DNA of 64,000 bases. It comes from Rhizophagus irregularis. Lineage: Eukaryota. The notes beneath the pieces were generated by a model. It did not search any database and was not told the DNA's origin. It saw nothing but the letters and a program-made list of their open reading frames with translations. Location: assembly GCF_026210795.1 (NCBI RefSeq), contig NC_089429.1:2232001-2296000 (forward strand), in the 5' to 3' direction. Both the position numbers and the translations under genes were made by a program. Position 1 is the first letter of the stretch; each line of letters begins with the position of its first letter. Positions 1 to 12,576 of the stretch are shown here, piece by piece.

Positions 1-1672
1 GTCTCCATCACTCCTCTTCATCTTCCTATCACTCCTTTTTATCTATCCCTCATCATGTCCTATTTCTCCTTTTTGTTTCCTATCACTTCTCATTATTCTT
101 TTTTACTCCCTTTCATCTTCTATTACTTTTCATTACTCCATTGTTATTTCATTTTTTATTAGCATCTTTCTTCTTGATCATTGTAATTTACTTATCTTTT
201 CTTTTATTTGTATCACTTCATTAAAAATAAAATACAGTGATTTTTTTCTTTAAAATCGTAAATGTGTGATTTAAATTTTAATATTTGCAAATAAAATTTC
301 ATTAGACAAGATTATTTTGAACAAATGTGTTTGAAAAAAAAAAAAATTTTTTTAAATATCTTTTGCGATAAAATTTTAAGTTTAGCCGATCAAAAATTAG
401 CTAAGTTGAAAAATCAGCCATCAGCCGATTAATAAATTTACTCTATATTGTACATCATGTGACTATTTGAAAAAAAACCCGGGCGACAATCGCCCAGGTG
501 ACGTTTAGCATATATTACGCCAATCTTAAGCTTATAACCAATTTAAGAATAATAATAAATGAAATGAACAGATTCTAATACATTTAATTGTTCAAATATT
601 TTTCCTTTGATACTCATTTTACTCGATAAATTATTAATTTAACTAAACCATTTGAATTAAAATCTTTATTCAAAAATCTGGTGATTATTTAGAGAATTTC
701 GAATATAAAATTGATTATAATAACCTATTATTAAATCAACAATTTTTTCAATTAATTAATTATAAAATATTGTAAAAATATCAATTTTTTTGATTTTATG
801 AATTTGAAAATCAAACTATTTATCCAGCGTTCAATTTCATCTTTCTATCAACGTCGGTCAATTTTCCTACATGTTACTTGATTTTTTTTTTAAAAAAAAA
901 ATAATAATTTTGTAAATATATTTAATATAATATTTTATTTCTTTATTTAATAATAATAAATTTAAAAAAAAAATTTGGGAGGAAAGAAATCGGTTTAAAA
1001 AAGGGGGGAAAATAAGTACCGAAAAAAATTCTGAACAATAAAGGACAATAATTCGGTCAAAAAAATAAAATAAAATAAAATAACAATACGGTCTCAATAC
1101 AAAAAAAAATCGATCTTAAAAGACCGAAACAATAGGATTATTTAATAAAAAAAAAATGTTTAAGTTTGGAAAAAAAAATTAAACCTAAACGGGAAAAGAA
1201 TGAGAAAAAAAAATAAAAAAAAGGAACCAAAAAAAGCTAATAATATTTGAAAAAAGAAAAAAATAATCCAAAAAAAAAATCCCGATTAAGGTAGAATTTC
1301 ATTAACTGAAATTATTGGAATGCACACGGATCGTATGGCCCGCCATAGTTACAAAAAGGTCGGTGAAAAATCATCATGATATCTATATATATATTTTCTT
1401 TTTTTTGTTAAATTATTTTTTTTATTAAAAGAAACGTTAACGTTTCTTTCCTTTTCCATTTCACTTTTCTTTAACGAAACGTCAAAAAACGTTTCGAAAA
1501 TAATTTTTTTTTCACATTGTTTTAATCTAACGTTCCGATTTTTTTTTATTTCATTTTTTAGCGAATATATATATATAGATATCATGGCGGTCGAATAGTT
1601 TTTGACCATTCACGGGTTTTAATTATATGGCATGGGATTTCAAGTTACACAATTCAAACTATTTATACATAC

Positions 1673-4600
1673 CTAGGGGATAGATAAATAACGGGGGGGC
1701 CAACTCATGGTTACACAACTATGTTGGATCATGGATTGAACTGAAGTCATATATAAATTACTAATATTTAATATGACGATCCTTACAAATGTAAAATATT
1801 AATGCCTTCGATTTCACTAAAAATGAAACAATTGTGAGACAAACAGATCATGCCATAAAGATACGTTGCTCATCTATATACAAAATGAATTTTATCGTTG
1901 TCGCGCTTCTAGTTTTTAAAATAAACACGATCAAGGTATTTCAATTAGCAAAATTTAACGAAACTTCAAGACAAGTTAAAAATGGTAATAATAAAAAACT
2001 GTTGCTGTGAGTTTTTTTTTAAATAATATTGAAAAATCTTGCATATTTAGAGTAAAAGAAAACGGTCATTTGAGAATATTGAAAGTGAATCTACTAAACA
2101 ACAAAAAAATGTAGAGTCATTACAAGAACTTGTGCGCGTTCGACCAGATCTTAAAGGAAAAAAAATATATTTCTTTCCAAATTTGAAAAAATATTTTGAA
2201 GGTGTAATTTTTTATGAGACAAAAGAAAAAAAAGCTTATATATATAGTGTTATTAATGATCAAAAATATAGGTCATTTTTTCAATGGATGATTGGACTAA
2301 GAAATCGAGGATTATTTAAAGGTCATCGATCAGCTCTTGCAACTATTTTTTTGGAGCCTAATCCTACTAGTCCACCAATTGCATCAATCTTACGTACTGA
2401 ACCAAATTCATATTGGAAGACAGTTACTTACACAAGTATCCAAGATATTATGTCCTTAATTCAAAGAGAAAGTTTAGCTGGAGGGAAATTTGTAGGGATT
2501 ATTATGCATGAGATTAGTGATGGCCTTGAACTTCACTTTTTTGGTAAAAAGAAAAGATTAGAAAAGAGGTTGATAATTTTTGCTCAGGGTGTTTTTCTCG
2601 ATTATAAAGTTTGGATACTTGATCAAGTATTGCAAGAAGTAGATCTTCCTTTTCCCGTTAGAGCAATTAAAAGAACTATTGACGAAATAAGTAGTCTTAT
2701 TCAATATGTTTTTTCTCTTAAAGTTTGTTATGGACAAAGTACTGTTGGTATGTAATTTACAATTAAATTATTAATGTATTATATTTTTTTTCTTTACATT
2801 AAGAATATTTAATTTTAGGATTTGAAGATATAATTCAAATTCGAGGAGATCAATTGGTTAGCAATAATAAAGAGCATACCCCCTTTGCTTTTTTAGAAAA
2901 TAAAGGTCATCCAAATGAAGTATACCGACATATTAATTGCAAATTTATAATAAAAGATGGAAATGTATGTGAAAATTGCCAAAAAGTTTATAAAACAATG
3001 CAACAAATTCGTAGAAGGTATTTAGGTGGTGTAAATTCTGTGAAAAATGTGCATGTCTCAAAGAAAATTCTTATAGAAAAAATTGAACGTCAAAAAAAAC
3101 TTATTAAGTCACAAAATGTAACTATTATAAAAATAAGAAATTGTTTACAAAAGAAAATAGAGAAAGAAGAGGGAGAAATATCAAACAAAATGGCAAATAT
3201 AGCCCATACTGTTATTAATGATATCACAAACAAAAAGATAGATATTTCAAATCTTCATCCTATTTTTCAGGAACTTATTCGTATTCAGAGTGAAAAGCCA
3301 AACGGAACAAGATACCATCCAATGTAAGATTTTAATTATTGCATTATTTTCATTATTTTATTAAAAAATTTCGTATATTTAATTTTCTTAATATAGGTTT
3401 TTACGTTGGGCAATATCAGTATATAGCAGATCTGGAAAAGCGGCTTATGATGCAATGAAAACAATAATGCGTCTACCATCCATTTCTACACTTAAAAGCT
3501 ATATAAATGAAAGTGAAAAATGTTCAGGATGGCAAGATGAGACTGGATTTCAAATATTAGAAAGTTTAACAGCAAATAATATTTGGGGATATGGGCGAGT
3601 TGGATACTTTTCACATGATTCTTTTAAAATAATAAACAAATTAATTAATTTTGTATGCATTTCAAAGTTAAATAAGAACAATTTTACCTTTTTGAATTTT
3701 AAAAGGTCTTCTTTGGAGTCAACGTGAAAACTGTTATGTTGGATATTTAGATTTTGAGAATGAAATGCAAAACTATCAATCATTTGCCTTACAATGTCAA
3801 AATGAGATTCATACAACATTTGATAGAAATAATTCACTACCTAATTCTACAGCTGAAAAGCAAGAACAAAGTCTTGCAACGCAAATTCATCAAGTTGTTT
3901 GGCATTCAGCAACACATAACTTTGCTTTTCCAGTTGCTTATTATGGTATTAATATAATTACAGCACATAACCTGAATGCTTTATTATTTAATCTTGCATC
4001 TAGATTAGAATGTATTGGCATACATACATATGGTTCAATTTGTGATGGTGCAGGAGAAAATAGAACTCATATAAAAAGTTTTGACTGGTATGCATCAACC
4101 TGGTCTTCTGGAGATGTTGTGGAAGTTAATTTTAATAAAGATAAAAAATCATTTCATACAGCAGAAATTATAGATAGTAATTCTGAAAGAACAAAATTTA
4201 CTGTTTGTTTATATAATTGTAATAAATCTGATAAAATTACAATTGAACGAACCTATATACGTCCTCCAATGCCTTTAAAATTGGAATGGAATGTTAATGA
4301 ATTATGTGAATTTAGAAGTCCAAATGATAATCAATGGTATTTAGGAAAAATAACCAATTTTGATTCAATTGAATCAACGTTATCTGTTGAAATTATTAAT
4401 GCAAAAGGGGGTCATAAAGATTGGAAAGTTTTTAATTATCATATTGATAAATTTCTTCGACCTGTTTATGATAATCAAAAATTTTTAGCAAACCATAAAA
4501 CCATTAATCCTATTACAGGAGAAGAATGGTTTTTTATTAGTGATCCAACACATGTATTTAAAAAACTCAGAAATAATTTAGCAAAAAGCCATATTGACGA

Positions 4601-7239
4601 AAAAAATTCCAGAGAAATCATGTATAATGGAAAGGAAATTAGCTGGAAGCATATAAAAGGTGTGTATGAACATACACAACGACATGCAACAGCAAAAGCC
4701 ACAAAACTTACAAAGAGGCATATATGGCTTACATCATGGAGTAAAATGCGTGTTGATCTTGTGGAACATACATTATCAAAGGAAGTTGAATGTGCATTAG
4801 CGTCTATTAAAGAACTTAAAGATATATCAGAAGGAACAAGGGTAAGATTTTATTAATAATATATATTATGTTATAATTTAATAATTTAAATTAAACATTT
4901 AATTTTTTTAAAGGAATTCATTAAATATGCACGAAAATATCGTGAAATAATGCATAGTAAGATTGGTTTTCGCTCTATAGAAGATCCTCGTATTAAAACC
5001 TTAAAAGAAATTCGTAATTGGTTTGTAAATGGTGATAAACAAAAAGTAGGACCTATAGAATGGATTTCACCACAATGCCAATTTGACTTAATTTTATCTA
5101 TTAATGGGTTTCTTGAAATGTTAGCCTTTATTTTAAAGAAATACCCAGGATCAATGATTCAACCACGACGCATTTCACAAGATATGCTTGAAGGTCTTTT
5201 TGGCACTATTCGTGAACTTGGAGGAGACTCTTCAACACAAACACTTAAATCTTATGGACATGCTTTAAATAAATACCAAGTTACGGCATTAGTTTCATCT
5301 GAAATAAAAAGTGTTAATTATGGAATAGCTAATTCTACAGGAACTGGTATTACTTCTTTAACAAGAAGGTATATAGTATTATTTAAAGTTTTAATAATAA
5401 ATGAAACATATTAATTAATTATTTTAATTTATTAGAGATTATCGAAAGGATAAAAAATACCATGAAGAAAATAAAGAAAATATTAATGTTTATCAAAAAT
5501 ATAATACCCGTTTATCTCAATTATCAACTTTTTCTCGTGGTATTTTTGAAAACCTTCTTGATGATAATTTAATTATGGGAAGATTTAAATCTTTATCAAA
5601 ATCAGTTAACAATAATGTTAACTATGAAAATATTAGAGTTTATGATCTTCAAACTGAGCGATATAATCTTATAGAAGTTTTGCTTTATTTAGATTCTATT
5701 GATAAATTATTACAGTCATGGCAAAATATTATTAAAAATATAGCTCACGAAGCTATTCCAAAAAAGATTGGTGTTCAGTGGTTGGCTACTTGGAGTTCTC
5801 ATTTTGAACTTTACTTGAATAATTATCAATGTTCTGGCATCTGGTATCAGGAATTTCTAGCAGTTACCAAGTTACATCCTTCTTCAACCCAAAGACTCGT
5901 TGCATATTTACTTCTACAAAAAGTAATTGAACATACGTTTAAAAAAAAAATAATTGAGAAAGATCAAACTGCAGATTGTAATCTAGTACCTGAAAATATT
6001 ATTGTTTTAGAACCAGCTGAAGCATCAAAATTCTCCTATATTGTTGGATGGGTTGTTTATAAATTAACTAAAAGTGACAATATAACAAAATCGCACCCAC
6101 AATTCAAAGCCATTTGCGCTCACCTCAAAGTTCTAAATTCGGAACAAGTGGTCTATGAAGAGGATGTTAGATCTCAAATAACAAATGTAATTCCTGGCCA
6201 AGAGTTTCTAGAATTCATGTATAAGATGGAATCATTAATTCTTATATTATTTGAGAAACATAAGGAATTTGGACCACATATTCTTCAATATATACACAAT
6301 AGTTTACTTGATAATTTGCCACTGTTACAATCTTTTAACATTCTTCTTGATCTTGCTAGCCAGCAGATTTTAACTTGTGAAAGTGTAACAACTGAAAATT
6401 ACAAGTTAAAAGATGAAGTTAGGAATTTTCTTTATGAGCGTATTATTTCCATATATATGAGAAGTAGACAAAAATCATGGCGAAGGTTTAATAATCTTAT
6501 TCCTGAAAAAGGGACTACAAGCCTTCGTGAGAATTTAAAATCTTTCTACAAAGATACTCAAAACATCTCAAAAAATGAAAATAAACCTCCCTTAATGAAA
6601 AAAGAGAGTATTCCACAGAATCCGTTGCTTGGCTTAGAGCAGCTTCGAATTTGGGCAAAACTAGATAATGCTGAAGAAGTATTTTTAAAGATATTTCAAG
6701 TAGCAGAGTTGCAATGGTTACTCTGGGCGTTTGGAGATAATGTTAAAAATAAAAGAAAAAAGACGTTAATATCTTTGATTTTTGATCACCTGAAAAAAGG
6801 AACTCAATTCTGTGAAGAGGCAATATCAAAAGGACGAATATTTGCATTGTAGACTACTGTAGAATAGCACAAAAGATATGTAAAAAATAAAATTTTAAAT
6901 CAAAATGTATATAATAAAGCATTTTTTTTGAAATTCGGATTAAGTTTCATTTTTTAGCAATTTTTTGTGAGAAAAAAGTGACCTGTAGAAAGCAGTAATT
7001 GTCTAATTTGAATAAAACCACTTCACATATGTAAAACAAGTATAAAGGATCTTAACTTTTAAGATCGGTTGCTTTTCTATGTATGCGTGTCGAAAAAATT
7101 AAAAAATTTTAAGATTTTCGCACTATTTAATATGTGATTTCGATTGTGTAACCAATTTTATTAAGACTTCAGTTCGGTCAATTATTGATCAGTCTGTGTA
7201 ACCATGAGTTGGCCCCCCCGTTATTTATCTATCCCCTAG
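1673..7239 (+). mobile_element. Full-length P-element-superfamily DNA transposon (5567 bp)
   Basis: Perfect 45-bp TIRs CTAGGGGATAGATAAATAACGGGGGGGCCAACTCATGGTTACACA at 1673-1717 and 7195-7239; 7-bp TSD TACATAC at 1666-1672 and 7240-7246; encloses a P/THAP9-type transposase gene. Confidence 0.95.
2051..6852 (+). CDS. P-element/THAP9-like DDE transposase, multi-exon (start uncertain, possibly ATG 1885; one splice donor appears damaged)
   Basis: Exons ~2051-2747, 2819-3323, 3397-~3630, 3706-4841, 4914-5368, 5436-6852. P-family motifs: AYDAMKTIMRLPSISTL, FSHDSFKI (D1), CDGAGEN (D2), FISDPTHVFKKLRNNL (DxxH), KLTKRHI..SKMRV, RISQDMLEGLFGTIRELGG (E), FSYIVGWVVYKL. Confidence 0.88.
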
Positions 7240-8019
7240 TACATACTAGTCTAAACGTTACGGTTACACATGTATTTTTTTAGTTATATAGATAGATATA
7301 TAGAGATTTATTTAATATTCATGCACTAAAAAATGTCATATTTATTGTAAGGATACAAAAATTAACCTTATCAGTTATATATTTTTTTTAAAAAAAAATA
7401 ATCATCAAAAAATTATATTTACAAAACGTGTACAAAGGCTGGGTTAAACCCATTTTCAAAAAAAGGGATTTTAACGTTGTGATCAATTAACATTTCTGTT
7501 TATTAGCTAATAGAAATATTCACTTAACATCACTTTCATTAATTCTCTTTTTTCATTGGAAATAATGAACTTACATTTTATGATATTCTATTTACTACTT
7601 ATTTGCTTTATAATTACATAGTAATCAGGGAATCCCCTTTTTAATCAGCAAAGGTTACTCACAAAGACATATCCTAATAAACAGAGTTGAAACAAGTTTT
7701 TAAGAAAAGTTTATTTCTTTGAATTGATCGTCAACAAAATTTTCTAATTTCAGATTGGTAGTACAGGTTTACAAAATAATAGGATTGACGGAAAAATTAA
7801 GCCGCGAAATTTTCTAAATTGAGCAATTGCTTGAAATTTATGCATGATGGCGATTTCAATATGCATAATTATACAACTATTTCTATATAGAATATCCTTG
7901 ATTCTTTAAAAGAAAATTCCGTAGAATTTCACTTTGTTATTGTATCTTCATAAAATATAATATTGCTTTATAATTTTTACATTTAACTTTTATAATCTAT
8001 TTTCTTGAAATACAACATC

Positions 8020-10498
8020 ATGAACACAGATAGTAATTCATTTGATCCTACTCCAAAATTAAAATCTAGTCCTGTACCTGTTTTATTTATTCCTTTTAAA
8101 AATAATGAGGAAAACTGTAATTATTGTGGAATTGAATACTCCAAGTCACTTGAGCGTTACCAAAAATATTGCAAATATTGTTTATTTTGGTATATTCAAT
8201 ATATAACGAGCAATAATACATACTTGGATGTACGTATAATGACAAACAATTCTCAGTGTATTAAACATAAAACAACCAGAAATAATTTTTATACCGCAAA
8301 CATTCAAGAATGGTGTGAATATTGTTCCGAGATTTTATATTTTACACAAGTAGTCATAGAAAATTCAAATTGTAGGCACCATGATTTTAGTAAATACTGC
8401 GTAATTTGTCGTTACGAGAAGCGGTTATCAGGTTATCAGATTTCTTCTGGATGGGTAGAATCAACTTTGACTAAAAAGTCCATTCCGATTCTATATTTAC
8501 CATGGTGGGATAGTCTTAACCAATGTGTAGTTTGTGATAAAGAACTTAAATATATACACCAAGAGTCAAAATCTTATTGTCAAAAATGGTGTTCATATTG
8601 CTTTATAATTTATACTGGATGTAGGCATTGTTTAACAACAAATATTATTTTTGGAATTGCAGATCAATCTCAATGTAAGAAATGCTCAAGAATTTCATTC
8701 ATTAGAATTGATATTACAGATATTGAAAGTGGAAATTTCATTATAGAAGAATTTCTTGCTTCTACAAGAATCAACAATAAGCAACTCCATTCTATTGTTA
8801 ATTATGAGACGATTTTCGATACATCAAATCCATTTTATACTTATGAGTTTATTAATAATAAACTTCGTTTAAGTCTACATGAAAAAGTAATAAAGTGGAT
8901 TCCATATTCTCAAATTAAGAATTTAAAGAAAATAGCGGAAGGAGGATTCAGTATTATTTATAAAGCAACTTGGTTGGGAACTGATGTTGCTGTAAAAAAA
9001 TTACATGATTCACAAAATATCAGTAAATACTTTTTAAATGAGGTAATATTTATATTTTATATACTTGCGATGGGTTTTTTTATTAATTAACTCATTGTAT
9101 TTTAGTTAAGATCACTTTATCAATGTGATGATGACAATGATTGGGTTATTGGCTATTATGGCATTACACAAGATCCTATAGCAAAAGAATACATGTTAAT
9201 ATTGGATTATGCAGAAGGTGGAAATTTACATGATTATTTGCAAAAGAACTTTATAAATATTAGATGGGTTGACAAATTTTTGATTTTGCAAGGAGTTTCA
9301 TTAGGGTACATTATTTTAATACATTAATTATTACTTATAGTTACATTAAATTTATTAACTACTAAGTCTTTTATTTTAGACTCGAAAGAATTCATAATAA
9401 TAATGTTATACATCGAGATCTTCATAGTGGAAATATGCTATTGTCAAATTTTTGGAAAGTTGGAGACTTAGGATTATCACAGCCTGCAAATAATACATTA
9501 TCAAATAATGAAATATATGGAGTAATACCTTATATCGCACCAGAAATATTTAAGGGTGCTGCATTTTCAAAAGAATCTGATGTATATAGTTTGGGCATGA
9601 TTATGTGGGAACTTACAACAGGTTGTAAGCCTTTTGCTAATGTTGAACATGATCATAATCTTATCTTTAAAATTCTTGATGGAGAACGACCTAAAATTAC
9701 AGAAGATACTCCTAAATTTTATGCTAATTTAATGAAAAAATGTTGGGATTCTAATCCTTCAAAAAGACCAACTATTGTTGAAATGTATAATTATATTTCC
9801 AGTTGGAGTAATACGCGTGGTACCATAGAATATAGACAGGCAGAAAACAAAAGATTGGAATTGATACGATCAAAGAAACTTGGGCCTGAATTTAGTGAAA
9901 AGTTTCATCCAAAAGCAATTTTTACAAGTAGAGCATTAAGTTCTTTGATTTCTAAAGCTTCAACTATAAACTCTTCTTCAATGATCTCATTTAATGACAA
10001 ACAAGGTATGTTATATGTTATGTTATTAAGTAATAATTAGCCATTAGTGAAAATTTGATTAGACGATATGATAATAATAATTGAATTTACTTCTTTAAAT
10101 TTATATTAACTTAGATGGCTATTATTATTTTTTAGAATATATTACCAGAGAATATGAAATTGATATAAATAATAATCAAAGGTAATAATTAATATAATGT
10201 ATATAGCTTCAATTAAATAATAACATCATACATTTTTTAGTTCATCCACACAAAATACAAATTCAGCTACTCAAAGCTTAACTGTACCAATAAATTCTTC
10301 AAGAAAGCGTAATTTTGAAAGATTGGAGAATGAATCGAATGAAACTCAAAAAAATAGTAAGTAAACATTTCTATTTACGCATATAATAAATAATATTTAT
10401 AGGTTAACACGTCAACAATTCAATATATATATATATATTTTTTAACTAAAATAGGAAAATATATTAAAGTTGATAATTTAGAAGATGAATATTGTTGA
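8020..10498 (+). CDS. TKL-type protein kinase with N-terminal multi-CxxC Cys-rich region
   Basis: ORFs 8005-9090 and 9435-10040 plus GT-AG joined exons; IAEGGFSIIYKA, VAVKK, HRDLHSGN, GDLGL and YIAPE motifs; short 3' exons end at TGA 10498. Confidence 0.9.
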
Positions 10499-12527
10499 AT
10501 ATGATTGAGCTTATTAAATTTATATTTATCATGAAAAATTTATCACTAGAAGCTAACATCTGTTTATATAAAATTAGTTATTAAGTTTTTGTTGTAATTA
10601 TTTTTTAGTATTAAGGTGCAATATTAAAAATTTATAAGTGTATGTATTATCGGTTATTCAATATTTTGCAATGAAGGAAAGGCACTACATGTAATATGAT
10701 ACAAAAGCACTAATCTCGTAAAGAAATAATCACGTTGTAGAATTATCACGTGACCTGTTGACTTGGAACATTATTTTAAGTATTTATTGGGCGAGTGGTT
10801 CTAGTCAAGTATATTATATAGAATTTATATGAACAATATGCCTTTTCTATTTTCTTTTTCATGTATTTGACAATTCCAACTACCTTCTAAAGTAAAAATA
10901 AAAAATAAAATAAAAAATTTTATTTATGACGATTGTGTAGTGTGAATTTGTACCATAAAATATTAAAGTTATTTTTTTTTTTTTAAGTATAGAAGTTTTG
11001 AACTCGTAAATGAGTATATTATTTATGTAAAAGAATAATGTATTTATTGAGTGATATTGCATAAATCGAAGAAGATTGATTTTTACTGTGAATTTATTTG
11101 AAAGTATCCAAAAAGAACAGTTGTTGGATTAACAACGTATTTAGGTTTATATCTCTTAAATACTGAAATACATTTTTTGATTATTATTTAAACGTTCAGT
11201 TTTGAATCTCAATTTTTTCATGAATAGTCATTATTATTATTAGAACATACAAAAATATAATATTTAACGACAAAATCTTTTTTCAGTCTTTACAAAAAGT
11301 CAAGAGAATGATCAAGCGTCCATTTAAGATAAAAACTATTTTGAAACTTAATGAACAACACGAAATATAATTTATTTATTATTAAAAATAGAGGATTCTG
11401 ATGTCATATTTGTCATATTTTAAATTTAATTTTTATTTACATTTAAATAAATTTCTTTCTAGATATCCTTGTATAATATACAGTAACACAATTATAACTT
11501 TAGTTATCTGTTATTATGTTTTACTAATATAATCTTTGAAAAGGAATTTGGTTTTTACAACTTTTCCTTTATCTCATCCAAAAATATTTTAATTTTATTA
11601 TTAAAATTGCTCTTAATTTTTTTTTTAGTTCAGTAATAGCTGCAACCTGTTGCGTTGCAACAATGAGTTTAAAACTTTAAATCGATATAACAATAAAACT
11701 TTTGCTTTATATTCAGATAAATTATGTTTTTTATTTTAAGTAAAAATATATTTATTTTATTATATCACCGATCCAAACATAAGGGTTGAAAGAACAAAAA
11801 AAATAAATAAATAAACTGACAAATTAGTAAAATAATAAAAAAATTATTAAAAATAAAATCGTGCATACCGTAGGACCGCAGCGTCATCCTCACTGATCCA
11901 GGTCTAAGCCTAAAAGATGAAATAAATAATAATATAATATATAAGTTGATTAAAAAAGTATGTATAAAAATAAATAAAAATCACATAAAAAAATATATTA
12001 GTATAGATTATTACAAAGAGAGAAAAACTGGAACGAAAATATTAAAAATTCATTTTTTTAAAAAAAAAGAATGGAAATAAAATTATTAAAATCTTGGTTT
12101 TAAAAAAAAAAACTGAAAAAACGAACCGGTCTAAAAAGACCAAAAAAAATTATTATTATTAAAAAAAAAAGATCCGGACTAAAAAGAGACCGAAAAAAGA
12201 TTTTAAATCAACATTCGGATACGAAAATGAAACATACAAATTAAGCTTTTTTTCATTAAAAAATATCCAATTAAAATTTCATTAACCGGAATTGTATTAG
12301 CGATTAAAATTTCCCATACATCCCATCAGATTATTTAAATCATAGTAATAATTATCAGTTATCCTCATAAGTTCATGCAGATTTTACATAATTGTTATTT
12401 AGGTCGGTTATCTCATATTACTATGTATTAGCATAATAATAAAATTATTGGATAGTAACGGGAATTTATTATAAAAATTGCATGATCGGTCCCGTCAAAC
12501 CGATAATATTATTATTGGATGATTTAA

Positions 12528-12576
12528 ACTATATAATAGTCTAATGCGACGTGACGCTATTAGACTATTATATAGT
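12528..12576. repeat. Short near-perfect palindrome (18-bp perfect arms)
   Basis: ACTATATAATAGTCTAAT-GCGACGTGACGCT-ATTAGACTATTATATAGT. Confidence 0.8.

Noticed and set aside
1..230. Pyrimidine-rich low-complexity tract with CCTATCACT repeats
   Set aside because: Truncated by the window edge, with stops on the minus strand; cannot assign.
478..510. GGGCGA-CAA-TCGCCC hairpin as a Helitron 3' end
   Set aside because: No CTRR terminus at the expected distance and no identifiable 5' TC end.
867..1609. Short ORFs 867-1097 and 1349-1609 and similar 60-90 aa ORFs elsewhere
   Set aside because: Low-complexity F/I/K/L/N translations of AT-rich DNA, or antisense shadows of real genes (e.g. 3550-3837, 4475-4702, 21747-22103, 32058-32270, 57021-57212).
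11755..11960. Possible LINE 3' end or ribozyme-like motif (TCATCCTCACTGA)
   Set aside because: Could not build the full HDV-like or hammerhead pairing; no RT sequence or TSD nearby.
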